64,000 bases of DNA from Dehalococcoidales bacterium (GCA_020342155.1 CP070842.1:204183-268182); one strand, 5' to 3'; shown: positions 38,279-47,299, counted from the stretch's first letter. Notes: generated by a model not told the origin, from the letters alone. Translations and numbers: made by a program.

Positions 38279-38339
38279 GGGGAGTCCAGAGGGGTGGAAC
38301 CCCTCTGGGCGGGGGATTCCAAGGGGGTGTCCCCCTTGG
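38279..38339 (+). repeat. 61-nt double-hairpin repeat, type C, copy 1
   Basis: ggggagtCCAGAGGGGtggaaCCCCTCTGGgcgggggattCCAAGGGGGtgtCCCCCTTGG. 59/61 identical to 49054-49114. Confidence 0.85.
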
Positions 38340-38378
38340 AAATAAGTGAGCTAAAAAGTTATACCTGTAATTATGGTT

Positions 38379-38876
38379 CTACTCCCCTTCTCCAGCCTCG
38401 ATCTGCTCAAGAATAGTAGTTCTGGGATAAAAATCATACCGGCTATAAAAGTCAAATACCTCTTCGTTCCCAGTACCAACTGCCAGTACTTTTTTGGTCA
38501 CCGGGTACTCGTCCATCCAGTGCAGTGCCCTTTTCATCAGGTTATCGCCGATACCTGACTCGCGGTAATCAGGCTCAATGTATATGGATTCGATCTCACC
38601 CTGCCTGTCTCTTGAGATAGTGCTAACGCAATACCCCACAAGCCCCCCCCGACCCACATCTCTGGCGAGGTCTATACGAATTACGCCTTCTCTGGACTTC
38701 TCGAGCAATCCCTTCTTCCTGAGGTCAAAGGTCATACTGCCCAAACGCCCGGAAAAGTGTTGAGATAAAGACTTGTGATATTCAAGTAGCTTCTGCCACA
38801 AGGCGGCTATCGAGTCCAGACCTTGTTCGTCTGTATGCGTATATTCTATTTTCGCCATATCACTCTTTCTCAGCAC
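38379..38876 (-). CDS. GNAT family N-acetyltransferase
   Basis: 165 aa with the YRESGIGDNLMKRA acetyl-CoA motif. Confidence 0.65.
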   Translation of the reverse strand: MLRKSDMAKIEYTHTDEQGLDSIAALWQKLLEYHKSLSQHFSGRLGSMTFDLRKKGLLEKSREGVIRIDLARDVGRGGLVGYCVSTISRDRQGEIESIYIEPDYRESGIGDNLMKRALHWMDEYPVTKKVLAVGTGNEEVFDFYSRYDFYPRTTILEQIEAGEGE

Positions 38877-39049
38877 AATATCAGGGGAAAGACATGTAAT
38901 TATACAGCAGGCGGGTTACCACCTCAATAGCGCCATTACAGGAGGATTCTTCTTATCTACCTCACCCCCTCGAAGCTTACGGCCAGAGAAGAAAGACCAC
39001 GTGCTCCGTTGTACTGCTTGTTTAAGGGTGTATAATATATCAAATTGCG

Positions 39050-39619
39050 ATGGACAGTGAACTGATACAAAGGATTTCTACAATCATTGAAGATGCCTGC
39101 AAGGCGGAAACAAATACCTTTGGATATGGAATATGGTCCCACCACATTCTTCCGATGATTTCCATAGCACAAGAGCTTGCCGATAGGACCAATGCCGCTA
39201 AGAAAATAGTAACGCTGGCCGTGTTATTACATGATTATGCGGGAATTAAAGACCAAGAACTAGTAGAAGAGCATCATATCTGGGGAGCCAAAGAAGCTGA
39301 AATAATACTAGCAAACGAAAACCTTGACGAAGAAAAGATAGAACAGGTAAAGAAATGTATCTTAGCACATCGTGGTAGTGTAATAATAGAAAAAACAACA
39401 GAGGAAGAAAAATGTGTCGCCGATGCCGATGCAATAGTTCATATTGACCAGTTAGCTTCTCTCTTTTACCTGGTGTATGGAGACCGAGGGATGGACGTTG
39501 ATGAAGGGAGGAGGTGGGTAAAGGACAAACTGACCAGAGATTGGGAAAAGATGAGTGAAAATGGCAGGAATATGATAAAAAAGAAATATGACTGTATTAT
39601 GGAGTTGCTTGAAGAATGA
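39050..39619 (+). CDS. HD-domain metal-dependent phosphohydrolase
   Basis: H...LLHDYAG...H pattern. 189 aa. Visibly AT-richer than its surroundings. Confidence 0.65.
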   Translation: MDSELIQRISTIIEDACKAETNTFGYGIWSHHILPMISIAQELADRTNAAKKIVTLAVLLHDYAGIKDQELVEEHHIWGAKEAEIILANENLDEEKIEQVKKCILAHRGSVIIEKTTEEEKCVADADAIVHIDQLASLFYLVYGDRGMDVDEGRRWVKDKLTRDWEKMSENGRNMIKKKYDCIMELLEE

Positions 39620-39689
39620 GAGTAACGATATCCGATGTAACGCCAGATAAACAGGAGGCCAGTTATTGATTGAAATACGTCTGATACTC

Positions 39690-39978
39690 TGTTCATGACC
39701 TGGAGGGGACGGCGCCAGAGCCAGTGAGGCTGGACATACACATACCGGTGGAAGGTGGTTGCTCCCGCCTTACAGTGGCCGACACAGATCCGCAAAGTCG
39801 GTCAAGGTCCGGATTCAGGGATGAAAGATGCCCTGATGAAGCAGGAACCGGAAGTAATCGCTGACCCTGAAGGAACGGCGGTGAATCTGTCACTGGTTCA
39901 GCCAAGCCTGGGACCGTAAGGGAGAAAAAACGGAACCCTGACTCCTCAGTTTGAGTGGAATTCAAACCAGGGAGTTCG
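39690..39978 (+). ncRNA. candidate structured 5' leader/riboswitch-like element upstream of the RNHCP gene (class unassigned)
   Basis: 363-nt non-coding gap, GC-rich, with several nested stems (GCCGAC/GTCGGT, TCAGGG/CCCTGA, TCCGG/CCGGA, TTTGA/TCAAA). An ACTCC segment is complementary to the GGAGT Shine-Dalgarno. Confidence 0.3.
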
Positions 39979-39982
39979 GGGC

Positions 39983-40297
39983 ATGAGCAGGGCAAAAGAG
40001 AATGCTGAATTCATTTGTGAGAACTGTGGTCGAGAGGTTTTACCGCTAAGTAATGGGAGCTATCGTAACCATTGTCCCTTTTGCTTGTTTTCCAAGCACG
40101 TAGACGTAGTACCAGGAGACCGGTTGAACGAATGTAGTGGGTTGATGAGACCCATGGGGCTGAGATATAAATCTGGCAAGGGCTTTCAGATAACACACAG
40201 GTGTCTCCGGTGCGGGGAGGAAAGGGTCAACAGGCTGACAGAGAACTCGATACAGCCAGATGATATTGAGGAGATAATAAAGCTTTTTGGAATCTGA
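39983..40297 (+). CDS. RNHCP domain zinc-ribbon protein
   Basis: CENCG...YRNHCPFCLFSKHVD...HRCLRCG motif string. Confidence 0.7.
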   Translation: MSRAKENAEFICENCGREVLPLSNGSYRNHCPFCLFSKHVDVVPGDRLNECSGLMRPMGLRYKSGKGFQITHRCLRCGEERVNRLTENSIQPDDIEEIIKLFGI

Positions 40298-40303
40298 GCC
40301 TAT

Positions 40304-41269
40304 TTGGAGGCTGTTATGGAAATATTTATCATCATACTATTGGCGATAGTGGTTCTCTTCCTGATCTGGGACCGACTCTGGCAGGAGAAAAGGTGGCGGG
40401 AGCAGCGTGATGCCCTGTCGAAGACCATCGGGGAGAGGCTCGAAGGCAGTATGGGGGTCTTCGGGGAGGTCAACAAGAGCCTGGGTAAGCTGGAAGAAGG
40501 CACCAGGCAGATTGAGGCCGTTGGCCGTAACATCGCCAGCCTCCAGGAGGTGCTGCGCGCTCCCAAGTTCCGCGGTGGTCTTGGGGAGCTCATGCTGGAG
40601 AGGCTGCTCGATGATATCCTGCCACACCAGAACTACAAGCTACAGCATCGTTTCGAGAGCGGCGAGGCGGTTGATGCCGTCATTCAGATTGGCGACAACC
40701 TGGTGCCAATCGACTCGAAATTCCCTCTGGAGGACTTCCAGCGGGTACTGGCGGCTGAGTCCGACCGCGAACGGGACTCTATGCGGCGGCAATTCACCCG
40801 GACGGTGAAGAAGCATATTGACAACGTCACCAAGTACATCCTGCCTGACGAGGGCACCTTCGACTTCGCCCTGATGTACATCCCCGCTGAGAACGTCTAC
40901 TATGAGACGATACTGCGCGACGGTGCCGAGGGCAGCGAGGTATACTCCTACGCCCTCCAGAAAAGGGTAATCCCGGTATCACCCAACAGCTTCTACGCCT
41001 ACCTCCAGGTCATCATCCTGGGACTGAAGGGGCTGCACATCGAGAACACCGCCAGTGAAATACTGCGGCATCTGGCCAGGCTGCAGGGTGAGTTCGAAGG
41101 TTTCCAGGAAGACTACGATACCCTGGGAGGCCATATCCGCCACGCCGCCACCAAGTATGATGACGCCGGTAGAAAGCTTGCCAGGTTCGAGGACAAACTG
41201 AGGATTGCAGTCGAGACTCCGGTCGAAAAGCTGCCTGAGGGCAAGGAGACGACTGACGACACCGAATGA
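40304..41269 (+). CDS. rmuC: DNA recombination protein RmuC
   Basis: N-terminal TM plus coiled coil, and VDAVI...PIDSKFPLE...MYIPAENVY nuclease-like core. Confidence 0.75.
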   Translation: MEAVMEIFIIILLAIVVLFLIWDRLWQEKRWREQRDALSKTIGERLEGSMGVFGEVNKSLGKLEEGTRQIEAVGRNIASLQEVLRAPKFRGGLGELMLERLLDDILPHQNYKLQHRFESGEAVDAVIQIGDNLVPIDSKFPLEDFQRVLAAESDRERDSMRRQFTRTVKKHIDNVTKYILPDEGTFDFALMYIPAENVYYETILRDGAEGSEVYSYALQKRVIPVSPNSFYAYLQVIILGLKGLHIENTASEILRHLARLQGEFEGFQEDYDTLGGHIRHAATKYDDAGRKLARFEDKLRIAVETPVEKLPEGKETTDDTE

Positions 41270-41290
41270 GCCTTCATACTGCCCTGCCGG

Positions 41291-41320
41291 TTGACATTTT
41301 GACGGTCATCAGGCTATACT
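41291..41320 (+). promoter_or_regulatory. sigma70-type promoter (TTGACA, 18-nt spacer, TATACT) for the tup operon leader
   Basis: TTGACA at 41291-41296 and TATACT at 41315-41320. Confidence 0.55.
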
Positions 41321-41348
41321 AGTCGTGGTTTATTAATAATTCAATACG

Positions 41349-41447
41349 GATCTCCGAGTTGCCGTCTCTAAGGGCACCCGCCTATGAGAGGCAAACGATA
41401 GGGCGTGAGGGGAAACCCTCCCACCTCCCGTGTTTGGAAAGGAGAAC
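41349..41447 (+). promoter_or_regulatory. molybdenum/tungsten cofactor (Moco RNA motif) riboswitch candidate
   Basis: CUCCGAG...CACCCGCCUAUGAG...GAGGGgaaaCCCUC...GGAAAGGAG. P1 is TCTCC(41351-55)/GGAGA(41441-45), enclosing the SD. Located upstream of the tungstate/molybdate ABC genes. Confidence 0.6.
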
Positions 41448-41451
41448 TGCA

Positions 41452-42390
41452 CTGAATCTAGAGGTACGTGCGCATCCCGGTATTTACCATCATCTTTCTA
41501 CCTCCTATCGTCGTCTATTCCTACGTTTAAAAAACAATCATACAAAGACGCTTTTAACCATCCTCACTGTAGCAGTGCTGGTTATGGGCTCTCTGGGAGT
41601 AGTGGCAGCATGCACACCGCAGTCGAGACTTGTGATGGCCACAACCACCAGCCTCTACGACACCGGTCTCTGGGGATACCTCGAACCGATGTTTGAGGAG
41701 GAATACGATGTCGAGCTGGACGTACTGTATGCCGGTACCGGTAAGGCACTGGAATGGGGGCAGCGGGGGGATGTAGACGTTGTTACCGTCCACTCCAAGT
41801 CGCGCGAGCTGCAGTTTATCGCTGATGGTTACGGTATGGATCGGGTGCCCTTTGCCTACAACTACTTCCTCATCGTCGGTCCGGAAGATGACCCGGCAGG
41901 CATTAAAGACCTCACTCCTGAGGCAGCCTTCCAGAAGTTGATGGAGGACGGCAGTGCCAGCTTCGTGTCCCGGGGCGATGATTCCGGGACACACAGTAAG
42001 GAGAAGGCCATCTGGGCAGCCGCCGGCTACGATTACGAGGACGTAAAGAACGCCGGCACCTGGTACATAGAGGCTGGCATCGGTATGGGGCCAACCCTGA
42101 CAATGGCCCACGAAAAACAGGCTTATACGCTTACCGATATGGGCACCTATCTCTCCTTCAAGAGTGAGCTGGAGCTGGTACCGATTGTGGACGAGGGTGC
42201 AATATTACTCAATATTTACTCGGTGATTGCTATTAGCCCAGAAAGTGTGCCCAGTACCAATATAGAAATGGCCAACAACCTGATAGACTTCCTCACATCA
42301 GAAGAAATACAGGAGCTAATCGGCGAGTACGGCGTTGAGGAATATGGTATGCAGTTATTCACTCCCTGCGCCGGGACCGAACCTGAATAA
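41452..42390 (+). CDS. tupA: tungstate/molybdate ABC transporter substrate-binding lipoprotein (TupA-like) with Tat-type signal
   Basis: TTTSLYDTGL...GTGKAL...VHS motifs. SYRRLFLRL twin-arginine motif plus lipobox VAAC. No in-frame ATG lies upstream of RR, so the start is uncertain (CTG 41452 sits 8 nt after GGAG). Confidence 0.65.
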   Translation: MNLEVRAHPGIYHHLSTSYRRLFLRLKNNHTKTLLTILTVAVLVMGSLGVVAACTPQSRLVMATTTSLYDTGLWGYLEPMFEEEYDVELDVLYAGTGKALEWGQRGDVDVVTVHSKSRELQFIADGYGMDRVPFAYNYFLIVGPEDDPAGIKDLTPEAAFQKLMEDGSASFVSRGDDSGTHSKEKAIWAAAGYDYEDVKNAGTWYIEAGIGMGPTLTMAHEKQAYTLTDMGTYLSFKSELELVPIVDEGAILLNIYSVIAISPESVPSTNIEMANNLIDFLTSEEIQELIGEYGVEEYGMQLFTPCAGTEPE

Positions 42391-42414
42391 TACAACATTC
42401 GCGTGTAGAGTAGA

Positions 42415-43101
42415 TTGACAGAACTCTGGGATGGTTTCACCAAGGCAATAGAGCTTATAGTATCCCTCGACCCGGAAGTTATGCAGATAGCCGGGAGGTC
42501 GCTGGCGTTCGCGGCGACCTCCTGCGTTATCGCTGCTCTGATATCCCTGCCGCTGGGCAGCATAATACATTTCAACAACTTCTTTGGTAAAAGACTGCTG
42601 ATAAACGTCATTCAGACCCTTTACAGTGTCCCTACCGTCGCTGTTGGTCTTTTTGTCTATGTCCTTCTGTCCCGCTCAGGCCCACTGGGCGGTCTGGGAT
42701 TCCTCTTCTCCCCACCTGCAATCATAATCGGGCAGGTGCTGCTGGTAATACCGATAATAACAGGCCTGACTATCACGGCGCTGAGCGGTGTGGACAGGAC
42801 TGTGACCGATACCGCGATTTCTCTTGGCGCAAGTAGATTCCAGGCAGCCACCCTGCTCACCAGGGAAGCCCGATTCGCCATACTGGCCGGGTTAATCATG
42901 GGATTTGGCCGGGTAATATCGGAAGTAGGACTGTCATTGATGGTTGGGGGTAACATCAGTGGCTTCACCAGAACCCTGACAACGGCGATTTCGCTGGAAA
43001 CATCCAAAGGAGAGTTAGAATTAGCGTTAGCCCTGGGGATAATACTGATAGCCATCGCTCTGGTCGTCAATATCACTCTTAACAGGCTACAGCAGAGGTG
43101 A
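42415..43101 (+). CDS. tupB: tungstate/molybdate ABC transporter permease
   Basis: 228 aa, 5-6 TM, with an EAA-like loop (AISLGASRFQA). Confidence 0.7.
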   Translation: MTELWDGFTKAIELIVSLDPEVMQIAGRSLAFAATSCVIAALISLPLGSIIHFNNFFGKRLLINVIQTLYSVPTVAVGLFVYVLLSRSGPLGGLGFLFSPPAIIIGQVLLVIPIITGLTITALSGVDRTVTDTAISLGASRFQAATLLTREARFAILAGLIMGFGRVISEVGLSLMVGGNISGFTRTLTTAISLETSKGELELALALGIILIAIALVVNITLNRLQQR

Positions 43102-44195
43102 AAGTGTCCAACGCTCAACCGATAATTAAGACCACAGACCTGGGACAGAGGCTCAATGGGCGGGATGTCCTGAGAAACATCAACCTCAGGATAGACCGGG
43201 GGGAGGTCTTTGCTTTAATCGGCCCGACCGGTTCGGGTAAAACAACGCTCCTGCGACTGCTCGACCTGATTGACTCACCCAGCCAGGGAAAGGTCTATTT
43301 TGACGGTACTGATGTCACCGAATCAGTCAGACAACGGTTAGAGACACGGCGTCGCATGGCCTTTGTCCTCCAGAAACCGGTGGTGTTCAATACCAGCGTC
43401 TACGAAAACATAGCCTACGGTCTCAAGTGGCGGGGGATGAGCCGGGACAATATCCGTAGCCGGCTTGATGAGGTCCTGGAGATGGTCGACCTGGCTGACT
43501 TTCGCAAGAGAAATGCCCGAATGCTCTCCGGAGGGGAGGTACAAAGAGTAGCCATCGCCCGGGCGATAGCTACCGAGCCGGAGGTGCTTTTACTTGATGA
43601 ACCGACTGCCAATCTCGATCCTGTCTCGACCGCTAAGATTGAGGAACTGATAACCAATATCATTCAACGGTACCACACGACAATCGTGATGGCTACCCAC
43701 GACATGTCCCAGGGACAGCGCCTGGCCGATAGGGTAGGCATGCTACTGGACGGTGAAATCCTTCAGACGGGGGACTGGCGGGAGGTGTTCAACACCCCGC
43801 AAAGCCGGGAGATGGCCAACTTCGTCGGTGTCGAGAATATCATCGATGGGGTGGTCCAATCCAGTGAGAACAACGTCGTCACTATCGGTACGGATGACAG
43901 CGTTATCGAGGCAGTATCGGACTGTGCCGCGGGGGAGCAGGTCCACGCCTGCATCCGTTCCGAGGAAGTGACCCTGGCCCTGTCACGCCACTCCACCAGC
44001 GCCAGAAATACTTTTAGCGGAGAGATTGCACGGATTATCACCACGGGACCGGTCGCCCGCGTTGAAATCGACTGCGGTTTCCGGCTCGTCGCCCTGGTGA
44101 CAAAACGGTCGGTGGAGGAAATGGCTTTAGAAACGGGGAAACAGGTATACGCTTCCTTCAAGGCAACGGCCGTTCATGTAATCAGGCAGGATTAA
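43098..44195 (+). CDS. tupC: tungstate/molybdate ABC transporter ATP-binding protein with C-terminal TOBE/Mop-like domain
   Basis: Walker A GPTGSGKTT, LSGGEVQR, LLLDEPT, plus a roughly 120-aa C-terminal beta domain. Confidence 0.75.
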   Translation: MKVSNAQPIIKTTDLGQRLNGRDVLRNINLRIDRGEVFALIGPTGSGKTTLLRLLDLIDSPSQGKVYFDGTDVTESVRQRLETRRRMAFVLQKPVVFNTSVYENIAYGLKWRGMSRDNIRSRLDEVLEMVDLADFRKRNARMLSGGEVQRVAIARAIATEPEVLLLDEPTANLDPVSTAKIEELITNIIQRYHTTIVMATHDMSQGQRLADRVGMLLDGEILQTGDWREVFNTPQSREMANFVGVENIIDGVVQSSENNVVTIGTDDSVIEAVSDCAAGEQVHACIRSEEVTLALSRHSTSARNTFSGEIARIITTGPVARVEIDCGFRLVALVTKRSVEEMALETGKQVYASFKATAVHVIRQD

Positions 44196-44250
44196 GATGG
44201 CCATTGTAAACGACGGACTGTGGGATTTGTGATAGGATGGAGATAGAAAC

Positions 44251-45231
44251 ATGACTGACCTGGTTGACTCTTTCAGCCGGCGTATCAACTATATGCGCAT
44301 CTCGGTCACCGACCATTGTGACCTGCGCTGTCTCTACTGTACCGACCGGTTGTACCCGCACCTGAGCCACGATGACATCCTGCGCTACGAGGAGATTCAC
44401 CGTATAGTGCTGGCAGCGGCCGGATTGGGCGTTAAGAAGCTGCGTCTCACCGGTGGTGAGGCCCTGATACGGCTGAATTTACGCTGGCTCGTCGAGATGC
44501 TGGCTAACACCGAGGGTATCGACGAGGTATCGCTGACCACCAACGGGACACAGCTTGCCCGCTACGCCGACGAGTTGAAGGCCGCCGGTCTTAGCCGGGT
44601 CAATGTCAGCCTGGACTCCCTGAAGCCGGATAGGTTCGAGCGTATCACCGGCAGTGACCGGTTCAAGGAAGTGCTCGAAGGTATTGAGGCAGCTAAGAAA
44701 GCGGGGCTCAATCCTGTCAAGATAAACATGGTGGTACTGAAAGACGTCAACGACGACGAGGTACTCGACTTTGCCCGGAAGACACTTTCCGACGACTGGC
44801 ATGTCAGGTTCATCGAGCACATGCCTTTCGTTAACGGGAACGGGGCCAATGGCATGGTATCTATTCGCAATATTATGTCATCTATCGAACAGTCCCTCGG
44901 CCAACTCAGCCCTCACCTGCCGACATCCGGTAACGGCCCGGCCAGATATTACAAGCTGCCGGATGCCTCCGGAACGCTGGGGTTTATCGGGGCGGTGACC
45001 GAGTGTTTCTGTGCCGAGTGCAACCGCTTCCGCCTCACCGCCGACGGTCACCTACGACCGTGCCTTCTTGACGACGACGAGATAGACCTGAAAGAACCGC
45101 TGCGCCACGGCGCCGACATTTCCGAGTTGGAGCGCCTGATACTGAAGGCTGCCACCCGCAAGCAACAACAGCACCACCTCGGTGAGAACGGCGCTCCCGA
45201 AAAGCGACAGATGCGGCAGATTGGCGGCTAG
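44251..45231 (+). CDS. moaA: GTP 3',8-cyclase (molybdenum cofactor biosynthesis protein A)
   Basis: RISVTDHCDLRCLYC radical SAM motif, C-terminal CAECNRFRLTADG cluster, and the GG tail. Confidence 0.9.
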   Translation: MTDLVDSFSRRINYMRISVTDHCDLRCLYCTDRLYPHLSHDDILRYEEIHRIVLAAAGLGVKKLRLTGGEALIRLNLRWLVEMLANTEGIDEVSLTTNGTQLARYADELKAAGLSRVNVSLDSLKPDRFERITGSDRFKEVLEGIEAAKKAGLNPVKINMVVLKDVNDDEVLDFARKTLSDDWHVRFIEHMPFVNGNGANGMVSIRNIMSSIEQSLGQLSPHLPTSGNGPARYYKLPDASGTLGFIGAVTECFCAECNRFRLTADGHLRPCLLDDDEIDLKEPLRHGADISELERLILKAATRKQQQHHLGENGAPEKRQMRQIGG

Positions 45232-46064
45232 TGACCCATCGACTCAAGCCAGGGTTGGGTTATTTCCAGGTTCTCCTGAGCGAGTTTCGCGCGGGCAATA
45301 CCGCCCTTCTCATCACGGACAAGCTCCCTGTCGCGGAACTCAAGAAAGAGGAACTGGCTCTCGTGGGCAGCTTCAATCTCCGTAGTGAATCCCATCGTAT
45401 CCTGCATGTGGTTGACGGTAAACTTGACCATGCGCAGGCCTGACGGATTGGTGAAGTAGTTATCGGCCACACGGCCGGCGTAGGCCAGTGTTTCTTCTTC
45501 GAGCTTATCCGGAGGGAAGACACGGTTGACCAGACCATACCGACAGGCCTCCCAGGCAGTCATGAAGCGGTGCTCGAATAATATCTCTTTGGTCCGGCGA
45601 TGCCCGATATCCCACGGCACCGAGAAATACTGCAACAACGACGGCAGAAACATGGCATCTTCTGCGGCAAAGATTACGTCCATAGCCGAGGCGAATATCA
45701 CCCCGCCGAATATACAATTGCCATGCACCATGGCAATGGTCGGCTTGGGCACATTACGCCACCGCAGGCTGTTCTCCATGCAGGTGGCGCGGTTGCGTAG
45801 ATAACGCCCGAATGGGGTCGCCGGAAACCCCCGCTCCTCACGCTCGGCCAACTCCTCCGGTGTCCCCAGGTCATGTCCGCTGGAGAAGTGTTTCCCCTCC
45901 CCGGACAGGACAATGGCACCCACCCCTTCATCCTCGGCCGCCCGGGTAAAGGCATCGTCCATCTCCTCACGCATCAACCGACTCTGGGCGTTGTAACACT
46001 GCGGTCGGTTAAGTATCAGGCGGGCCACCTTTCCCGGTTGATAGATTATATGCTTGTACTCCAT
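45228..46064 (-). CDS. enoyl-CoA hydratase/isomerase (crotonase) family protein
   Basis: 278 aa. VLSGEGKHFSSGHDL and GNCIFGG oxyanion-hole patterns. Confidence 0.7.
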   Translation of the reverse strand: MEYKHIIYQPGKVARLILNRPQCYNAQSRLMREEMDDAFTRAAEDEGVGAIVLSGEGKHFSSGHDLGTPEELAEREERGFPATPFGRYLRNRATCMENSLRWRNVPKPTIAMVHGNCIFGGVIFASAMDVIFAAEDAMFLPSLLQYFSVPWDIGHRRTKEILFEHRFMTAWEACRYGLVNRVFPPDKLEEETLAYAGRVADNYFTNPSGLRMVKFTVNHMQDTMGFTTEIEAAHESQFLFLEFRDRELVRDEKGGIARAKLAQENLEITQPWLESMGH

Positions 46065-46152
46065 GATAAAGACTCCTTCCCTTTATAGTTTTCTCATGCA
46101 GATATGATAGCCATGTTAAGACCCCGCTCAACAGGTGTCAAGCCTGAATCGA

Positions 46153-46181
46153 TTGGCAAACCGATAATGTTCTGTTAGTAT
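46153..46181 (+). promoter_or_regulatory. putative promoter (TTGGCA, 17-nt spacer, TAGTAT)
   Basis: -35 at 46153-46158 and -10 at 46176-46181. Lies 36 nt upstream of the DinB-family CDS. Confidence 0.4.
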
Positions 46182-46216
46182 GGGAAATTACAATTCCACC
46201 CCTACAGGAGGCAGTC

Positions 46217-46747
46217 ATGGCATGGCAGCAACTTATCACCGACCTTTTCCTACGAATATCACAGGATCTGGAGACAGTGCTGGAGGGACTGACCGTTGAG
46301 GACCTCAATCAACGTCCCCGTCCCGATAGCAACAGTATCGGCTGGCTCGCCTGGCACCTGACACGCAGCCATGACAGAAACATGTCGGAGATTGCGGGTG
46401 AGGAACAACTCTGGATAAAAGATGGGTGGTACCTTAAATTTGGCCGCACCCCCGACCCCAGCGAGACGGGGTACCACCACAGTCCGGAAGAGGCCGCCGC
46501 CTTCCGCTCACCTGATAGCGTAACTGTACTGGAATACCACCGGGCGGTCGTCGAGCGGATAAAAGGCTATATCGATAGCAAGCTTTCAGAAACCGAGCTC
46601 GAACGGGAGTCACACAGTCCAACACTGGGTACGACCCAACCGGTTCAGGCGCGTTTGGTGGGTGTTCTCAACGACGCTTTCCAGCATGTCGGCCAGGCGG
46701 CCTATGCACGCGGCCTGTTGAAAGGCAGAGGCTGGTCGGATAGATAG
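46217..46747 (+). CDS. DinB-family (DinB_2) four-helix-bundle protein
   Basis: WLAWHLTRSHD...HVGQAAYARG His-triad pattern. Confidence 0.6.
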   Translation: MAWQQLITDLFLRISQDLETVLEGLTVEDLNQRPRPDSNSIGWLAWHLTRSHDRNMSEIAGEEQLWIKDGWYLKFGRTPDPSETGYHHSPEEAAAFRSPDSVTVLEYHRAVVERIKGYIDSKLSETELERESHSPTLGTTQPVQARLVGVLNDAFQHVGQAAYARGLLKGRGWSDR

Positions 46748-46749
46748 CC

Positions 46750-47199
46750 CTATAGTAGTTCACCCGAGTTAAGGACCGAACGGAACTCCTGAATCTTCTC
46801 TTCGGAGCCCCAGAGCTGGCCTGATGAGTCCACAGACAACCTCCAATATTTCTGCAGTCCTTCAAAACATTCCTTGCGCTCCAGGCCGGGTTGCCATTTT
46901 CGGCAGACCTCAGGCCTGACCGCGTGAATGAGGCACGAGAACACCCGTCTGTCTTCGGTTTCGCCCAGGAAAACGCAGGCCCCGTCCTGGCTATCAAGCA
47001 GATAGAACCCCGGCTCGAACCAGGAGTCGTCGCTGTACCTCTCCAGGAATGTTTCCAGGGAGATACCCAGAGTGTCAGCAATATGCTCCGCTTCCGCCAC
47101 AGATGCCCTCGGCGAGTACTTTATACAGCAGACCCCGCAGCGGAAACAGGGTATCTCTATTCTTTCTGGTGCGCCTTCATTATCAGGGGTATTTTCCAT
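46750..47199 (-). CDS. YkgJ-family cysteine-cluster (UPF0153) protein
   Basis: CFRCGVCC...C..H...C motif arrangement. Confidence 0.6.
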   Translation of the reverse strand: MENTPDNEGAPERIEIPCFRCGVCCIKYSPRASVAEAEHIADTLGISLETFLERYSDDSWFEPGFYLLDSQDGACVFLGETEDRRVFSCLIHAVRPEVCRKWQPGLERKECFEGLQKYWRLSVDSSGQLWGSEEKIQEFRSVLNSGELL

Positions 47200-47299
47200 G
47201 CCATCATTATAGCCAAAAAGAGCGGATGACGCTTCTGCTATGATTTGATATACTTGCCCTATATAAGTTCTCGCAGCCAGTTGCGCGAGGAGGTGGATA

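Noticed and set aside
38148-38345. ORFs spanning the hairpin repeats (38148-38345, 48981-49181, 15026-15226, 21662-21844), two of which share the peptide GSPEGWNPS.RGIPRGCPPW.
   Set aside because: The shared peptide is simply the translation of the 61-nt DNA repeat. These ORFs have no SD, lie in intergenic regions and are palindrome-rich, so they are treated as repeats, not genes.
39797-39850. SRP (4.5S) RNA-like strings GGUCAAGGUCCGGA ... GAAGCAGG.
   Set aside because: The universally conserved GGAA tetraloop is replaced by a roughly 25-nt hairpin insertion. The flanks also do not form the long helix 5/8 pairing expected of SRP RNA. Judged coincidental or part of another structure.
39690-39978. 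Assignment of the leader to the cobalamin or SAM-I riboswitch class.
   Set aside because: Only partial block similarity. It lacks the B12 box and CCCGC-GCCACUG elements (cobalamin), and the UUAUCAAGAG/AGAUGAG P1 and GGAGGGA k-turn strand (SAM-I). Kept as unassigned.
41359-41451. TTG-initiated N-terminal extension of TupA (track start at 41359).
   Set aside because: It would translate straight through the riboswitch-like leader, and the SD (GGAAAGGAG) lies downstream of it.
45228-45231. Convergent moaA and crotonase stop codons sharing the palindrome CTAG.
   Set aside because: A trivial consequence of tight convergent packing, with no structure or motif around it.
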